The notes under the pieces were generated by a model. The model did not search any database and was not told the DNA's origin. It worked only from the letters and a program-made list of their open reading frames with translations. DNA of 64,000 nucleotides from assembly GCF_004010195.1 (NCBI RefSeq), contig NC_057718.1:53915605-53979604 (forward strand), read 5' to 3'. A program made the translations under genes and the position numbers. Shown piece after piece: positions 48,801 through 61,144 of the stretch; the first letter of the stretch is position 1, and each line of letters opens with the position of its first letter. The DNA is from Chiloscyllium plagiosum (Eukaryota).

Positions 48801-49367
48801 CATGAATTACCATATCACGGCTTGTGTTATAGCCCCATTTGTGCTTGATGTGATATCATTGAGAAGGTGATATGTTTCTGAAATTCCCCACATAATGAGC
48901 TTGACACATCCTAGATTTCTCCAGCAACAGCAGATACTATTATCACGGTTGCATTAATGTACATACAGAGTTAATGCATTAAAGAGAATCAAAGGAATCA
49001 GTAAGCTGAAAAAGGGCAGATACCAAACAGTCTCAACATGAAGAAGCATGACAGAAGATCCCAACCAAGATGTGGAGGAGGTGTAGAAGACCAACAGTAG
49101 ACTGACCTTGCTGTCATTTCTTCCAGGTCACCAAAGGTCAGTACAGGCATAGAGTGAAGATGCCCTAGAACACCATCAGAAAACTGCCATTTGCCTGCCT
49201 GCTGGCACCACTCTCTTCTTCACGTGCCAGACACCAGTAGCATTCTAGAACTTCAGGAGCGCCAAGGACAAATATGACTGTAGTGGCCATTACCAAGGAA
49301 AATGTCCTAGGAAAGCTGAAAGGTCTGAAGGTGGATAAATCACCTGGACCAGACGGATGACACACAT

Positions 49368-49664
49368 GGGTGGCACGGTGGCTCAGCGGTTAGCACTGCT
49401 GCCTCACAGCGCCAGAGACCCAGGTTCAATTCCCACCTTGGGCAACTGTCTGTGTGGAGTTTGCACATGCTCCCTGTGGGTTTCCTCCAGGTGCTCCGGT
49501 TTCCTCCCACAGTCCAAAGATGTACAAGTTAGGTGAATTGGCCGTGCTAAATTGGCCGTAGTGTTAGGTGTGGGGGAATGTGTCTGTGTGGGTTGTTCTT
49601 CGGAGGATCGGTGTGGACTTGTTGGGCCGAAGGATCTGTTTCCACACTGTTTCCATCTAATCTA
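49368..49664 (+). mobile_element. HE1-like SINE nested in CR1
   Basis: A box tggctcagcgg (49379-49389), B box ggttcaattcc (49423-49433), tail gggccgaaggatctgtttccacactg...ctaatcta. Confidence 0.92.
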
Positions 49665-49991
49665 AAAAAAGAGCTCTGAAAGTGATAGCTGAGGAAATTG
49701 TAGAAGCATTGGTGATGATCTTTCAGGAATCACTGGAGTCAGGAAGGGTCCCAGGGAAAGGCAAAATGGCGAATGTAACACCTTGGTTTAAAAAGTGAGT
49801 GAGACGTTATAGGCCAGTTAGCCTGGCCTCAATTGTTGATAAGATTTTAGAGTCTACTATTAAAGATGAGATTGCAGAGCACTTAGAAGTGCAAGACAAA
49901 ATAGGGCTCGGTCGACATAGCTTCGTCAAGGCGAGGTAATGCCTGACAAATTATTTAGAATTCTTGAAGGAGCGAACAAGCAGATTAGACA

Positions 49992-50805
49992 AAGAACAAT
50001 TTAACACAGGAACAGGCCCTTTGACTCTCCAAGCCTACACCAGCACATTTTGCCCTTCTACACTAAAACTGTCTTCACTTACAGGATCTGCATCCATCTA
50101 TTCCCTTCTTGTTCATGTTTTCATCCAGGTGTTTCTCGAATGCTGCTACTATATCTGTTCCCACCGCCTCCTCTGGAAAGACATTTCAGACACTGACCAC
50201 TGTTTGTGTGAGATACGTGCCTTGCACATCTCTTTTCAACTTCTACCCACATACCTTGAACCTGTGTCCCCTAGTAATTGACTCTCCCACCCTGGGAAAA
50301 AGTCTCTTACTTACCACTCTATCCATGCCATTTACAATCTTATTAACTTCTATCAGGTCACCCTTCAACCTCCTGCATTCCAGTGAAAACAAACCCAGCC
50401 TATCCAATCTTTCTTCATAGCTAAAAGCCCCTATACCAGGCAACATCCTGGAAAACCTTTTCTGTACCGTCTCCAAAGTATCCACATCTTTCTGGTAGTG
50501 TGGTGACCTGAACTGTACACAATATTCCAAGTGTGGCCTAACTAAAGTTCTACAAAGCTACAGCATAACTTGTCTATCCTTATATTCAATGCACTTGCCA
50601 ATGAAGGCAAGCACACCATAGGCCTTTTTTGCTACCTTATCTACCTGCACTGCCACCTTCAGGGATATGTGGGTCTGCACACCCAGAGCCCTCTGCATAT
50701 TAGTACTCCTAAGGGTTCTGCCATTCACTGTATAATTTCCAATTGTACGTGACCTTCCAGAATGCATCACCTCACATTTGTCCAGATTAAACTCCATTTG
50801 CCAGT
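49992..50805 (-). mobile_element. CR1 3' fragment nested in opposite orientation inside another CR1
   Basis: ORFs 50558-50830 (WQMEFNLDKCEVMH) and 50243-50530 (EYCVQF.SPHYQKD...SYEERLDRLGLFSLE). The host reads ...agattagacaaag | ccagtgggcaggatctatttggatttcc across it. Confidence 0.92.
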
Positions 50806-50871
50806 GGGCAGGATCTATTTGGATTTCCATGAGGCCTTCGAGAAGATGCTGCAGAGAAGATTGCTAACTGG

Positions 50872-50932
50872 TGTCACGGGTCGGCGCAACATTGAGGGCC
50901 GAAGGGCCTATACTGCGCTGTAATGTTCTATA
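50872..50932 (+). mobile_element. Isolated CR1 3'-UTR tip
   Basis: cacgggtcggcgcaacattgagggccgaagggcctatactgcgctgtaatgttcta matches the CR1 end at 56154-56215. Confidence 0.8.
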
Positions 50933-52334
50933 AAACTATATTAAAAGATAAGAACCCATGGTGTTAAGGGCAAGTACTGGCATGGATAGAGAATTGGCTG
51001 ACTGGTAGAAGGCAGAGGGTAGGGATAAAGGGATCTATTTCAGGATGGCAGCCAGTGACTAGTGGAGCTCGCCAGAGGTCAGTGTTGGGACTACTATTCA
51101 AGTTATACATTAACCATCTGGATGAAGGAACTGAGGGCATTATTGCTAAGCTTGCAGATGACACAAAGATAGATGGAAGGACAGGTAGTGTTGAGGAAGC
51201 AGAGGGGCTGCAGAAAGACATAGACAGGCTAGGAGAGTGGGCAAAGAAGTTGCACTTGGAATACAATGTGGGAAAGTGTGAGGTTATGCACTTTTGGTAG
51301 GAAGAATAGAGGTGTAGAATATTTTCTACATGGGGAAAATCTCTGGAAATCTGAAGCACAAAGGGACTGAGGAGTCCCGGTTCATGATTCTCTTCAGGTT
51401 AAAATGAAGGTTCAGTTGTCAGTTAGGAAGGCAAATGCTACATTAGCATTCATTTTGAGAGGGTAGAATTCAAGAGCAGGGAGGTACTGTTGAGGATTTA
51501 TAAACCTCTGGTCAGAACACATCTGGAATATTGTGAATGATTTTGGGCTAAGGAAGGATGTATTGGCCTTGGAGGAGTCCAGAGGAGGTCTATAAGAATG
51601 ATTCTGGGGATGTACAGCTTGTCAAATGAAAAGAGATTGATGACTCTTGGTCTGTACTCAATGGAGTTGAGAAGGATGAGGAAGGATCAGATTGAAACTT
51701 ACGGATACTTGGAGCCCTAGATAGAGTGGACATGGAGAATATTTCCAGTTGTAGGAGAGATTAGGACCCAAGGGAACCATCTCATAGTGAAAGGATGATC
51801 CTTAAGAACTGAGGTATTAGTTCAGCCAGAAAGTGGTACATCTATGGAATTCATTGCCACAGAGGGCTGTGGAGGTCAAGTTATTGAGTGTATTTAATAC
51901 AGAGGTTAGGGGATTGGTAAGGGGATCAAAGTTTATGAGGAAAATGGAGTTGAGAAACAAATCATCCAGGATCGAAAGGTGGACCAGACTTGAGGGACCG
52001 AATGGCCTATTTCTGTTCCTGCACCTTTTGGTCTTACAGTCTTATGAGCACCTGGAGTGAGATTGAGCTCCCTCAACTTCTCTCACTTTATTGTTGATAC
52101 TAGCAACAACAGTTAACGTGATGGAGCGCAGATCTGCATGCATTTCCAGTAGCCGTTGGTCATTCTGCGTGGCCAGGCCTACAATGTCACCTGCCAACCC
52201 AACCACGGAGACAGCAAGATGCATACATGTCAGAATGAGCACAGTACCGATAACGTCGGTGAACTCCACCAACCTTTGATCCACAACTTACCAAGGGTAT
52301 TCAATAAGTCTGGTTACTGCTCCTGCATATACAT

Positions 52335-52508
52335 ATCACCTTCCCAGCTACCTTCCCCCCCAACCCCACCCTCACCTTCCTATTTATCTGTCAGCTCCCT
52401 TCTGCCCTGGCATTCCTGATGAAGGGCTTATGCTTGAAACGTCAACTCTCTTGCTCCTCAGATGCTGCCTGATCCGCTGTGCGTTTCCAGCACCACACTT
52501 TTCGACTA
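52335..52508 (+). mobile_element. Penelope pLTR fragment with hammerhead motif
   Basis: Matches 14330-14530; ctgatga-a-gggc ttat gctt-gaaa-cgtc at 52416-52443. Confidence 0.85.
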
Positions 52509-53220
52509 CAGGACCTCTGTCTATCTGTGTATTTGCACATTGTTAAAGGATTAACAGTCCAGGGGTGTTTGCTGCCTGGGACTGAGCAGGTACCTGATCA
52601 CCAGCATTCCTCCGTGTGTCAGAGTGACAGAGTGTTTCGCCCTCCATGAGCTGCAGAGACGTACCACTGATGTGCTCACCAGATTATGTGCCTAAGTCTG
52701 ATCTAGCTAAAGGATGAGACTTCTCCCTTAGTGTTGCAAGAGGAGCTGAGGAGTAGAGAGGTAGCTCTTTTCTGGGTGAGGCGTATGGGTACCAACTGGT
52801 GCTGCATAAGTCTATCGAGGAAGTGTGTTGCACAATAGGGATAGAAGCTTGGACAGGCTGTGAATACATTCACAGTGCTAGTAATACGACAGCAGCACAG
52901 CACAATGAAGCTTACTTGACTGTCAGGGCATGGATATGTCATCCACAAATCATGAGGTCTTGATCCTTTCATGTTCACTCAACTACTTCTCCTCATGGCA
53001 TACAAAGGTCAGCCACCCTAATTCACATCTTTGCCATTTTGTCAACATTTAAGAGAAAGTTCCTCCTGTAATGAGACAAAAGGAGGGATAAAGTAAAATG
53101 AAAGCAGCTAGAAGAGCTGGTGTGGTTACAGTTAGTGAAGAAGGAGGAAAAGCAGGGAGGTATCCCAAGTGAATAAGTCATAAGTGTAAAGGCCAACATG
53201 GCTTTGTAGCTGAGGATGAT

Positions 53221-53390
53221 GATTCTGGATTAGTGATGCTGGAAGAGCACAGCAGTTCAGGTAGCATCTGAGGAGCAGTAAAATCAACGTTTCGGGGAAA
53301 AGTCGTTCATCAGGAATACAGGCAGAGTGCCTGAAGGGTGGAGAGCTATCCAGAATCTGGTTTCCAGCATCTGCAGTCACTGTTTTTACC
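53221..53390. mobile_element. Penelope pLTR relic with internal inversion
   Basis: Minus strand ctgatga...gaaacgtt (53313-53286); gattctggat mirrored by atccagaatc; TSD tagctgagga(t/g)gatga (53207-53222, 53391-53406). Confidence 0.8.
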
Positions 53391-53894
53391 TAGCTGAGGA
53401 GGATGAGGTGAGTGTGAACCATTGAATGAAGATTGCTGCATGCAATATTGAGAATGCTGATTTAGCATTGGTGAAGTTGTCACTGTGTGGTGGTGGGCTT
53501 TAATGGTTTGGTCTTTGTTGGCAGTCCTGAGGGAAGGACAGAGCCTGTGTCTCCACCAACCTATCTAGCAGGATCTCCAGTCTCAGTCAGTGAAGTAGGA
53601 TGCCAAGCTTCCTCTCTGTCTCACTTATGCTTTGTCACAAAAGATTTCCCATGGTGGTTCCTGGCTTGCAGTGTTTGTATTGGTATGCAGCTGGAGTTTA
53701 AATAGAGGCCCCTGCAGTCTCCGCTTCAGAAATCCCCAGTAACAGTAGTACTTCTACCTCAGAGAGTGCACAATTCAATGGGAAGATAATTCTGGAAGTC
53801 AGTTACATAATTAATAAGGCAAGCAGTGTAAGATTGTGGTCTTCTGTACATCGGGGAGATCAAACGTAAATTAAGGGAACTAAGGGCAAGAGTT

Positions 53895-56230
53895 ATCGAT
53901 GGGGCAAGGGCAACTATAATGCGATTAGGCAAGAATTAGGATGCCTAGAATGGGGTAGCAAAATGCAGGGAATAGTGACAATGGAAATGTGGAGCTGGTT
54001 TAAGGAACAGATATTGCATGTCCTTGATAAGTATGTCCCTGTCAGGCAGGGAGGAAGTGATAAGGTAAGGGAACTGTGGTTTACTACAGAACTTGCATCT
54101 CTTGTTAAGCAGAAGAAGGAGGCTTATGTGATGATGAGACAGATGGTTCAGATGAGGTGATGCAGAGTTACAGATTAGCTAGGAAGGATTTAAAGAGAGA
54201 GTTAAGAAGAGCAAAGAGAGGGCACGAGCAGTCTTGAGCAGGTAAAATAAAGGAGAACCCTAAAGCTTTCTATAGGTATATGAGGAATAAAAGGATGACA
54301 AGGGTAGGAAAAGGGCTATTCAAAGATAGAAGTGGGAAGTTAAGTGTGGACCCTGTGGAGATCAGAGAGGTGCTAAACGAACATTTCTCATCCGTTTTCA
54401 CTCAGGAAAAGGAAAATACTGTAGAGGAGAAGAATGAGATACGAGATATTAGACTAGAAAGAATCGAGGTTAGTTACGAATAGGTGTTATCAATTCTAGA
54501 AGGAGTGAAAGTAGACAAGTCCATTGGGCTGGATGGGCTTTATCCAAGGATTCTCTGGGAAGCTAGGGAAGAAATAGCGGAGCCTTTGGTTTTGATATTT
54601 GAGCTGTCATTGTCTACAAGTTTAGTACCAGAGGACTGGAGGACTGCAAATGTGTGCCCTTGTTCAAGAAGGGCAGTAGAGATGACCCAGCCAATTATAG
54701 ACCAGTGAGCCTTATTTCTGTTGTAGGAACGGTTTTGGAAAGGATTATAAGAGATAAAGAAATAGCGGAGCCTTTGGTTTTGATATTTGAGCTGTCATTG
54801 TCTACAAGTTTAGTACCAGAGGACTGGAGGACTGCAAATGTGTGCCCTTGTTCAAGAAGGACAGGAGAGATGACCCAGCCAATTATAGACCAGTGAGCCT
54901 TACTTTTGTTGTAGGAACGGTTTTGGAAAGGATTACAAGAGATAGGATTTATAATCATCCAGCAAGCAACAATTTGATTTCAGATGGTCAACATGGTTTT
55001 GTCAAAGGCAGGTTGTTTCTCAAAAACCTCATTGAGTTTTTTAGAAGGTGACAAAGCAGGTGGATGAGAGTAGGGCCATTGACATGGTGTACATGGACTT
55101 CAGTAAAGCCTTTGATAAGGTTGCACATATTAGGCTGTTGGAGAAAATGCAGAGGCATAGGATTGAGGGTGATTTAGTAGTTTGGATTAGAAACTGGCTT
55201 TCTGAAAGAAGGCAGCGAGTGGCAGTTGATGGAAAATATTCAGCCTGGAGTCCGGTTACTAGTGGTGTGCCACAAGGATCTGTTTTGAGACCACTGCTGT
55301 TTGTCATTTTCATAAATGACTTAGATTCAAGCATAGGTAGATGGATTAGTAAGTTTGCAGACGACACTAAAGTCGGTGGAGTAGTGGACAGTGAAGAAGC
55401 ATGTTACAGGTTGCAAGGGGACTTGGATAAACTACAGAATTGGGCTGAGAGGTGGCAAATGGAGTTCAATGTGAGGTAATTCACTTTGGGAAAAATAACA
55501 GGAAGGCAGAGTACTGGGTCAATGGAAAGATTGTTGGTAGTGTGGATGTGCAGAGGGATCTTGGAGTCCATGTACATAGATCACTGAAAGTTGCCACCCA
55601 GGTGGATAGTGCTGTTAGGAAGGCATACGGCATGTTAGATTTCATTGGAAGAGGGATTGAGTTCCAGAGCCGCAATATCATGCTGCAACTATACAAAACA
55701 CACTTGGAATATTGTGTACAGTTCTGGTCGCCCCGCTGCAGAAAGGATGTGGAAGCATTGGAAAAGGTGCAGAGGAGATTTACCAGGATGTTGCCTGGTC
55801 TGGAGGAAGCATCTTATGAGGAAAGACTAGGGTCTGTTCCCATTGGAAAGAAGGCAAAGAAGGGATTTGATAGAGACATACAAGATGATCAGAGGATTAG
55901 ACAGGGTAGACAGTGAAAGTCTTTTTCTGAGGATGATGATGTCAGCTTGTACAAGGGGCATAACTACAAATTGAGGGGTAATAGATTTAAGATAGATGTC
56001 AGAGGCAGGTTCTTTACTCTGAAAGTGGTAAGGGCGTGGAATGCCCTGCCTGCCAATGTAGTTAATTCAGCCACATTAGGGAAATTTAAACAATCCTTGA
56101 ATAAGCACATGGATGATGATGGGATAGTGTAAGGCAATGAGCTTTGAATAGTTCACAGGTCGGCGCAACATCGAGGGCCGAAGGGCCTGTTATGTGCTGT
56201 ATTGTTCAATGTTCAATGATCAATGTTCAA
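53895..56230 (+). pseudogene. CR1 LINE ORF2 and 3' UTR with internal tandem duplication
   Basis: ORFs 53963-56132 including YMDFSKAFDKV..SGVPQGSVL.PLLFVIFINDLD..SKFADDTK; many frameshifts; (aatgttc)n tail. Confidence 0.95.
54569..54944 (+). repeat. 188-bp direct tandem duplication inside CR1 ORF2
   Basis: gaaatagcggagcc at 54571 and 54759; both units end gagata (54756, 54944). Confidence 0.97.
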
Positions 56231-56311
56231 TGTTTCGCTGAACATCTCAGCCAGGCCCACAGGGGGCGACCTGACCTCCCAGTTACCAACCATTTAATTC
56301 CCTTTCCCACA

Positions 56312-56618
56312 GGGTGGCATGGTGGCTCAGTGATTAATACTGCTGCCTCACAGCACAAGAGACCTGGGTTTGATTCCTGCCTCGGGCAACTGTCTATGTG
56401 GAGTTTGCACATGCTCCCTGTGTCTGTGTGGGTTTCCTCCCACAGTTCAAAGATGTGCAGGTCAGGTGAATTAGCCATGCTAAATTGCCCATAGTGTTAG
56501 GTGCATTAGTCAGGGGTAAATATAGGGTAGGGGAATCAGTCTGGGTGGGCTTCTCTTTGGAAGGTCGCTGTGGACTTGTTGGGCCAAAGGGCCTGTTTCC
56601 ATACTGTAGGGAATCTAA
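56312..56618 (+). mobile_element. HE1-like SINE, near full length
   Basis: gggtggcatggtggctcagtg...gggtttgattcc...gggccaaagggcctgtttccatactgtagggaatctaa. Confidence 0.9.
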
Positions 56619-57529
56619 TTTAAACAAGCTATCAGAGTTCACAGTGAGAAGCCCTCCATGAATGGGAAGATTCAGCCCTAAATTAGCAGTCCTTCATCAA
56701 CATCCTTTTTTTTTTAGACAATTATACTTCTATCTCCTCTTCATTGGTATATACCATTTAACAAACATAGTTTCTTTATCCCTGGCCTTTGGCATCACAC
56801 TCATAAGCATTGAGTAAAATCCTCATAATCACATGAATGCACTGCTGAGAGAGATGAGTACATCTCCAAAGCTATCCCAACCTAAACAATTTATACGACC
56901 GTAACTCACTGTTCTTTTGCCCAATTCAGATTTATAGCAAGTTTCTCAAAGGACACAAAGTGTATCTTCACCCACTGCTCACAAAGGCAAAATTAACAGA
57001 AGTTCTTGCTGAGCCACCTCCATTTCTCATCAATTCAAGTTCATGTAATTAGAATGCAAACACCTTTTCAAGTGTTAGAGCTCTGTCATTCTTTTCATTT
57101 CTGTCCTCTCATTTCTTATCTCTTTTCCTAATGGCTTTCCTTCCTTACACTATTTTTCTCTTTCAAAGTCAATCTTTATTAGTTCTCATTTTTTACTGAT
57201 TCTGGTCAGTTTTACTCGATCACTCAGTGAGCCAGTCCTTTCTTCATCGGTCCCTGGGTTTCCTCATGAATTCTTCAAAGATTCAGTCTGTCTTAGCTCC
57301 TGAGTTTATGTCAAACCCCCACATGTTCTACAACAGTCTGAAAATGATATTTTCTCAATATTTTCAAGTCTCTGAGAGTCAGATACTCTCTTTTAATAAA
57401 AGTTGGAGACTCAATTGTACTCATTTCAATTTCCTTCTGCAATATAACAAAGGCAAATATGAGATCTTGTTTGCTTAAGTCCTTGAAAATGAGGCAAGCA
57501 ATAACCTGTCAGTCATTCCCCTTGAATCA

Positions 57530-57840
57530 TATTAGATTAGATTATATTAGATTAAATTACATTACGGAAACAGGCCCTTCGGCCCAACAAGTCCACACGA
57601 CCCGCCGAAGCGTAACCCACCCAAACCCCTACATTTACCCTTTACCTAACACTACGGACAATTTAGCATGGCCAATTCACCTGACCTGCACATCTTTGGA
57701 CTGTGGGAGGAAACCGGAGCACCCGGAGGAAACTCACGCAGACACGGGGAGAACGTGCAAACTCCACACAGTCAATCACCTGAGGCGGGAATTGAACCTG
57801 GGTCTCTGGCGCTGTGAGGCACTGTGCCACCGTGCTGCCC
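57530..57840 (-). mobile_element. HE1-like SINE with (taatc)n tail
   Basis: Minus-strand head gggcagcacggtggcacagtg, B box ggttcaattcc; retains many CpGs, so it is probably relatively young. Confidence 0.92.
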
Positions 57841-58329
57841 ACCTATTCTTCAGCCAACCTCCCAGACTCCTCTATCTTTGTCTCTAATATGGCTATTCTA
57901 TGTTGGATCAGACTAATTGGAGGTGGTGGTAAAGTACAATCAGGAGGGTCTAGTCCTTAAGGTTGATAGCAGAGTCTATGATGTCTCATGGCATCAGGTA
58001 AAAGATAAATAAATGTCCTGATGATTACCCTATCACCCTCCTTCAACTGGTGAGTCAGTATGCTGGCATGTTCAACATCATTTGGAAGAAGCACAGAGGG
58101 TGGCAATGTTATAAAATATTCTCTGGGTCAGAATATTTTCAACAAAGAGTGACTTATAGAACAAACACAAACTGAATTCCACTATAATTTCATGATTTGA
58201 CATTTCACTCAATCTAAAATTATCATCAAGCCAAGGGACAGCAATTGTTCCCTGTGTGGAACATGCTCTAGAAGCAACACCAGACATACCTAAGGACAAA
58301 AAAATCAACCTGTTAAAGCTACCACATAT

Positions 58330-59010
58330 GACTACATGATGCTGAACAGCATGAAACCGACAGTGGTACATGATTTTACAACCAGGAGACTGGGTTTGAA
58401 TGCTGCAGTCTTGCCACATCTACTTGTGAATGATGGTGGACACATAAAAAACAAATATGAGAGCAAACATTAAAATGCCACTCTTAATGATGGTGAATCC
58501 AGCACATACTACAATAAAAAGTTGAAGTTTGCATCCATATTCGGCCAGGAGTGCCCAGTGAATGACTCACCTTGTCCTCCTCTTGAGGTCCCCAGTATCA
58601 CAAATGCCTGTATCATTCGAGTTAATTCAAGCCAATTAATGTTAAGGAATGACTTAATGTGCTAGTTATAAAAAGCCTAAAAATATTGCCTGTAGCACTG
58701 AAGACTTATGCAACAGAACTAGCTGCACCCCTAGGCAAATCTGAATTGGGCAAAAGAACAGTGAGGTAAAAACAATGACTGCAGATGCTGGAAACCAGAT
58801 TCTGGATTAGTGGTGCTGAAGAGCACAGCAGTTCAGGCAGCATCCAAGGAGCTTCAGTGAGTTATGCTATAACACTGGCATCATCCCAGCAAAGTATACC
58901 ATGTAGATACATCTGGTCCTCATGAAGTAGGATAAACCCATCCACCCAATTACTGCTTCATCAGTTTGCTCTCAATCATCCAGCAGGTACAGATGAAAAA
59001 TGATAGAAAT
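58330..59010 (+). mobile_element. Degraded LINE ORF2 fragment (family of 2464-3985)
   Basis: ctgaagacttatgcaacagaactagctgcaccccta (LK..A.ELA.PL) and aattactgcttcatcagtttgctctcaatcatc (NY..ISLLSII). Confidence 0.55.
58766..58854 (-). mobile_element. Short Penelope pLTR insertion
   Basis: aaaaacaatgactgcagatgctggaaaccagattctggattag matches 53221-53390; direct repeat cagtgag at 58759-58765 and 58855-58861. Confidence 0.75.
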
Positions 59011-59389
59011 GTTACTGTGCATCATTCAAATCAGCCATAAAATGTTCATCAATGTCCAGTTTGAATTCTCAAACATAGACAAAAAAGCTGAATTCCACAT
59101 GTAGGCTGAGCATTACTTCCCTTTGCATAAATATTTCTGTCCATACTGGGGCAACATAGCATTTAGGGGACAGACGATGCACAGTGCAGACTTTGCATGT
59201 TTCCTGTTATTGAGTGACCTAAACAGTGAACCTTAGATGCATAAATTCTAGTCATGCTAGAAAAGTCTCCAAAGCTTTTTTGAAAAAATGTATTTGTGGA
59301 GCTGGGAAAAACAAGCATCCAAACCCATGTTACTGGGTATCTACACATTCTACAAGGGTCTGGGCAGTACATGAAGACAGTTCATGTAT

Positions 59390-59640
59390 CAGCTACCTCC
59401 AGATTCCTTTTGGATGTTGTAATTGTGCCAGTCTCTACCACTTCTTCTGGCAGCTCATTCCATACCCCTACCATCCTCTACATGAAAAGGTTGCCCCTTA
59501 CGTCTCTTTTATATCTTTCCCCTCTCACCCGAAACCTATGCCCTCTAGTTCTAGACTCCCCAACCACAGGGAAAAGTTCTTGTTTATTTACCCTATCCAT
59601 GTCCCTCATGATTTTATAAACCTCTATAAGGACACCCCTC
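59390..59640 (-). mobile_element. CR1 3' fragment
   Basis: Near-copy of 61290-61530. Confidence 0.8.
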
Positions 59641-60874
59641 CACCTCATTCAAAATAAGTTCCTATCATATGCTCTTTCTCAATTTCCACCTCATTTTCGT
59701 TCTTTCATGCAGCATGAAGTACAAATAACCGATAATGCAACCATTGGCTTCTTACTTTACACACACATTTTCATCCTTCACATCTTTGTTACCCTTCCAC
59801 CTTTATTTAAATCCATTAAGTCTGTTCTGCCCCTCTGTACAATAATCCAATCAATTCCATTTCCTTGTTCTATCCATGTAACCCTGAAAGTTTATTTCTT
59901 TAAAGAGCCAAGCCAATTATTTTTTTAAATCAGTGAGCATCCCCACTTCCACTGGTCTTGTAGTTAGCAGTTCATTTCATTAGCACCTGCTACATTAAAA
60001 AAAGTTCTTCTTCACCAGCTCCCTCTGAATATCCTCTGTCCAAAACCATAAATCTCTTTCCCTATTCCTTGCCCTCCCAACACCCAGGAACAGTTTTTTT
60101 TTGCCTACCTTTTCTAAACCTATCCTAACTTTGAAAACTCTCAATCACCTTTACCCCAAAGAGCATAATCCTAGCATTCATCATCTCCACTATCTCTGTG
60201 TCCACAGATATTTGGTTACTTTTTGCCTTCTTGGTAAACATTGATTTAAAGTATTAATCAAATATTCAAGCTTTGCACTTACACTATACAAGAATGGTCT
60301 TGTTACGATGATCAGAAAGGAAGAATCAATAGCTTTACCTTCAAAAACAACCTGATAGACATTTAAACCTCAGTGAAGATGTTAAAATTTTACGGCTGCT
60401 TGTTCAACTGGCTACACAACAATCATTTTCTTTTCAGCAAATTTCTGCTTTCATTCAATGTATATTCTTTCGTTAATGTCTTTTCTTGAGACACCTAAAC
60501 TGCTAACATGGTCACTTATTATTTAGCATGGGGTGCTTAAATTCATGTCTAACACAGCTTTCTGCATACGGAGTTTTCTTTAGGCAGCTCAGGACTTAGT
60601 TTTCCATTCACACCTGTTACAGAAACAGCATTGAACAACACTTCTGCTGCAAAGGACCTCTGTCTGACTAAAACCTTATTGTTTCTGAATGTTTCTGTCT
60701 TACTGTGAGAGACTGAACTTCTCTCACTTGGCAATGACCATTACATTTTCCTCCTATGCTTTGTTCACTACTTGCTGAAATGTTTAGCTGAAGCTTTTAA
60801 CCACCGTAATGAAATGCATGCAAACAAACAAGGCTCCAGAAACCACACTACCAGTATTGCGGATAATATCTGAA

Positions 60875-61015
60875 CAAATTATTGCAAATGCTGGAAATGA
60901 GTACTGAAAACAACAAATGTTCAAGGTCACAGCGAGTCAGACAACATTCATGGAGAGAGCAAGCTAATGTTTTGAGTCTAAATGACTCTTCAGCAGAAGT
61001 GAAATGAGGAGAGGA
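60875..61015 (-). mobile_element. Degraded Penelope pLTR
   Basis: tgcaaatgctggaaat...; minus strand ctgctga-agagtc attta gactc-aaaa-catt is a mutated hammerhead with intact helix II. Confidence 0.6.
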
Positions 61016-61144
61016 CAACATTCCCCATTTTCTTATAAAGTCTTTTTGTCACCGTGTGGAGTCTGAGGTCCACGTATGAAAGAAGCTTTCAAAAACAGGA
61101 ACTATTCATCAACACACCAGTCCACATACACAGAAATTCAACAC

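Larger units (their letters stand above)
49270..52030 (+). pseudogene. CR1 LINE ORF2 and 3' end hosting nested insertions
   Basis: LKGLKVDKSPGPDG at ~49316 resumes after the SINE at 49671; ORF 51055 SVLGLLFKLYINHLDEG...KLADDTKI; 3' UTR ~51930-52030. Confidence 0.92.

Noticed and set aside
49368..49440. tRNA gene (A and B boxes present; similar heads elsewhere)
   Set aside because: It is the head of a SINE, continuing into the SINE body and LINE-derived tail. No complete cloverleaf is evident.
52042..52284. 80-aa - strand ORF with helical character
   Set aside because: There are no splice signals or recognisable domain. It may be transposon-derived but cannot be supported.
60549..60790. Possible - strand exon (ORF ...SERSSVSHSKTETF...RKLC, or alternative frame SSEQSIGGKCNGHCQV...)
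   Set aside because: The listed ORF has an in-frame stop just upstream and no acceptor. The alternative frame has only a weak polypyrimidine tract and no recognisable homology. Unresolved rather than excluded.
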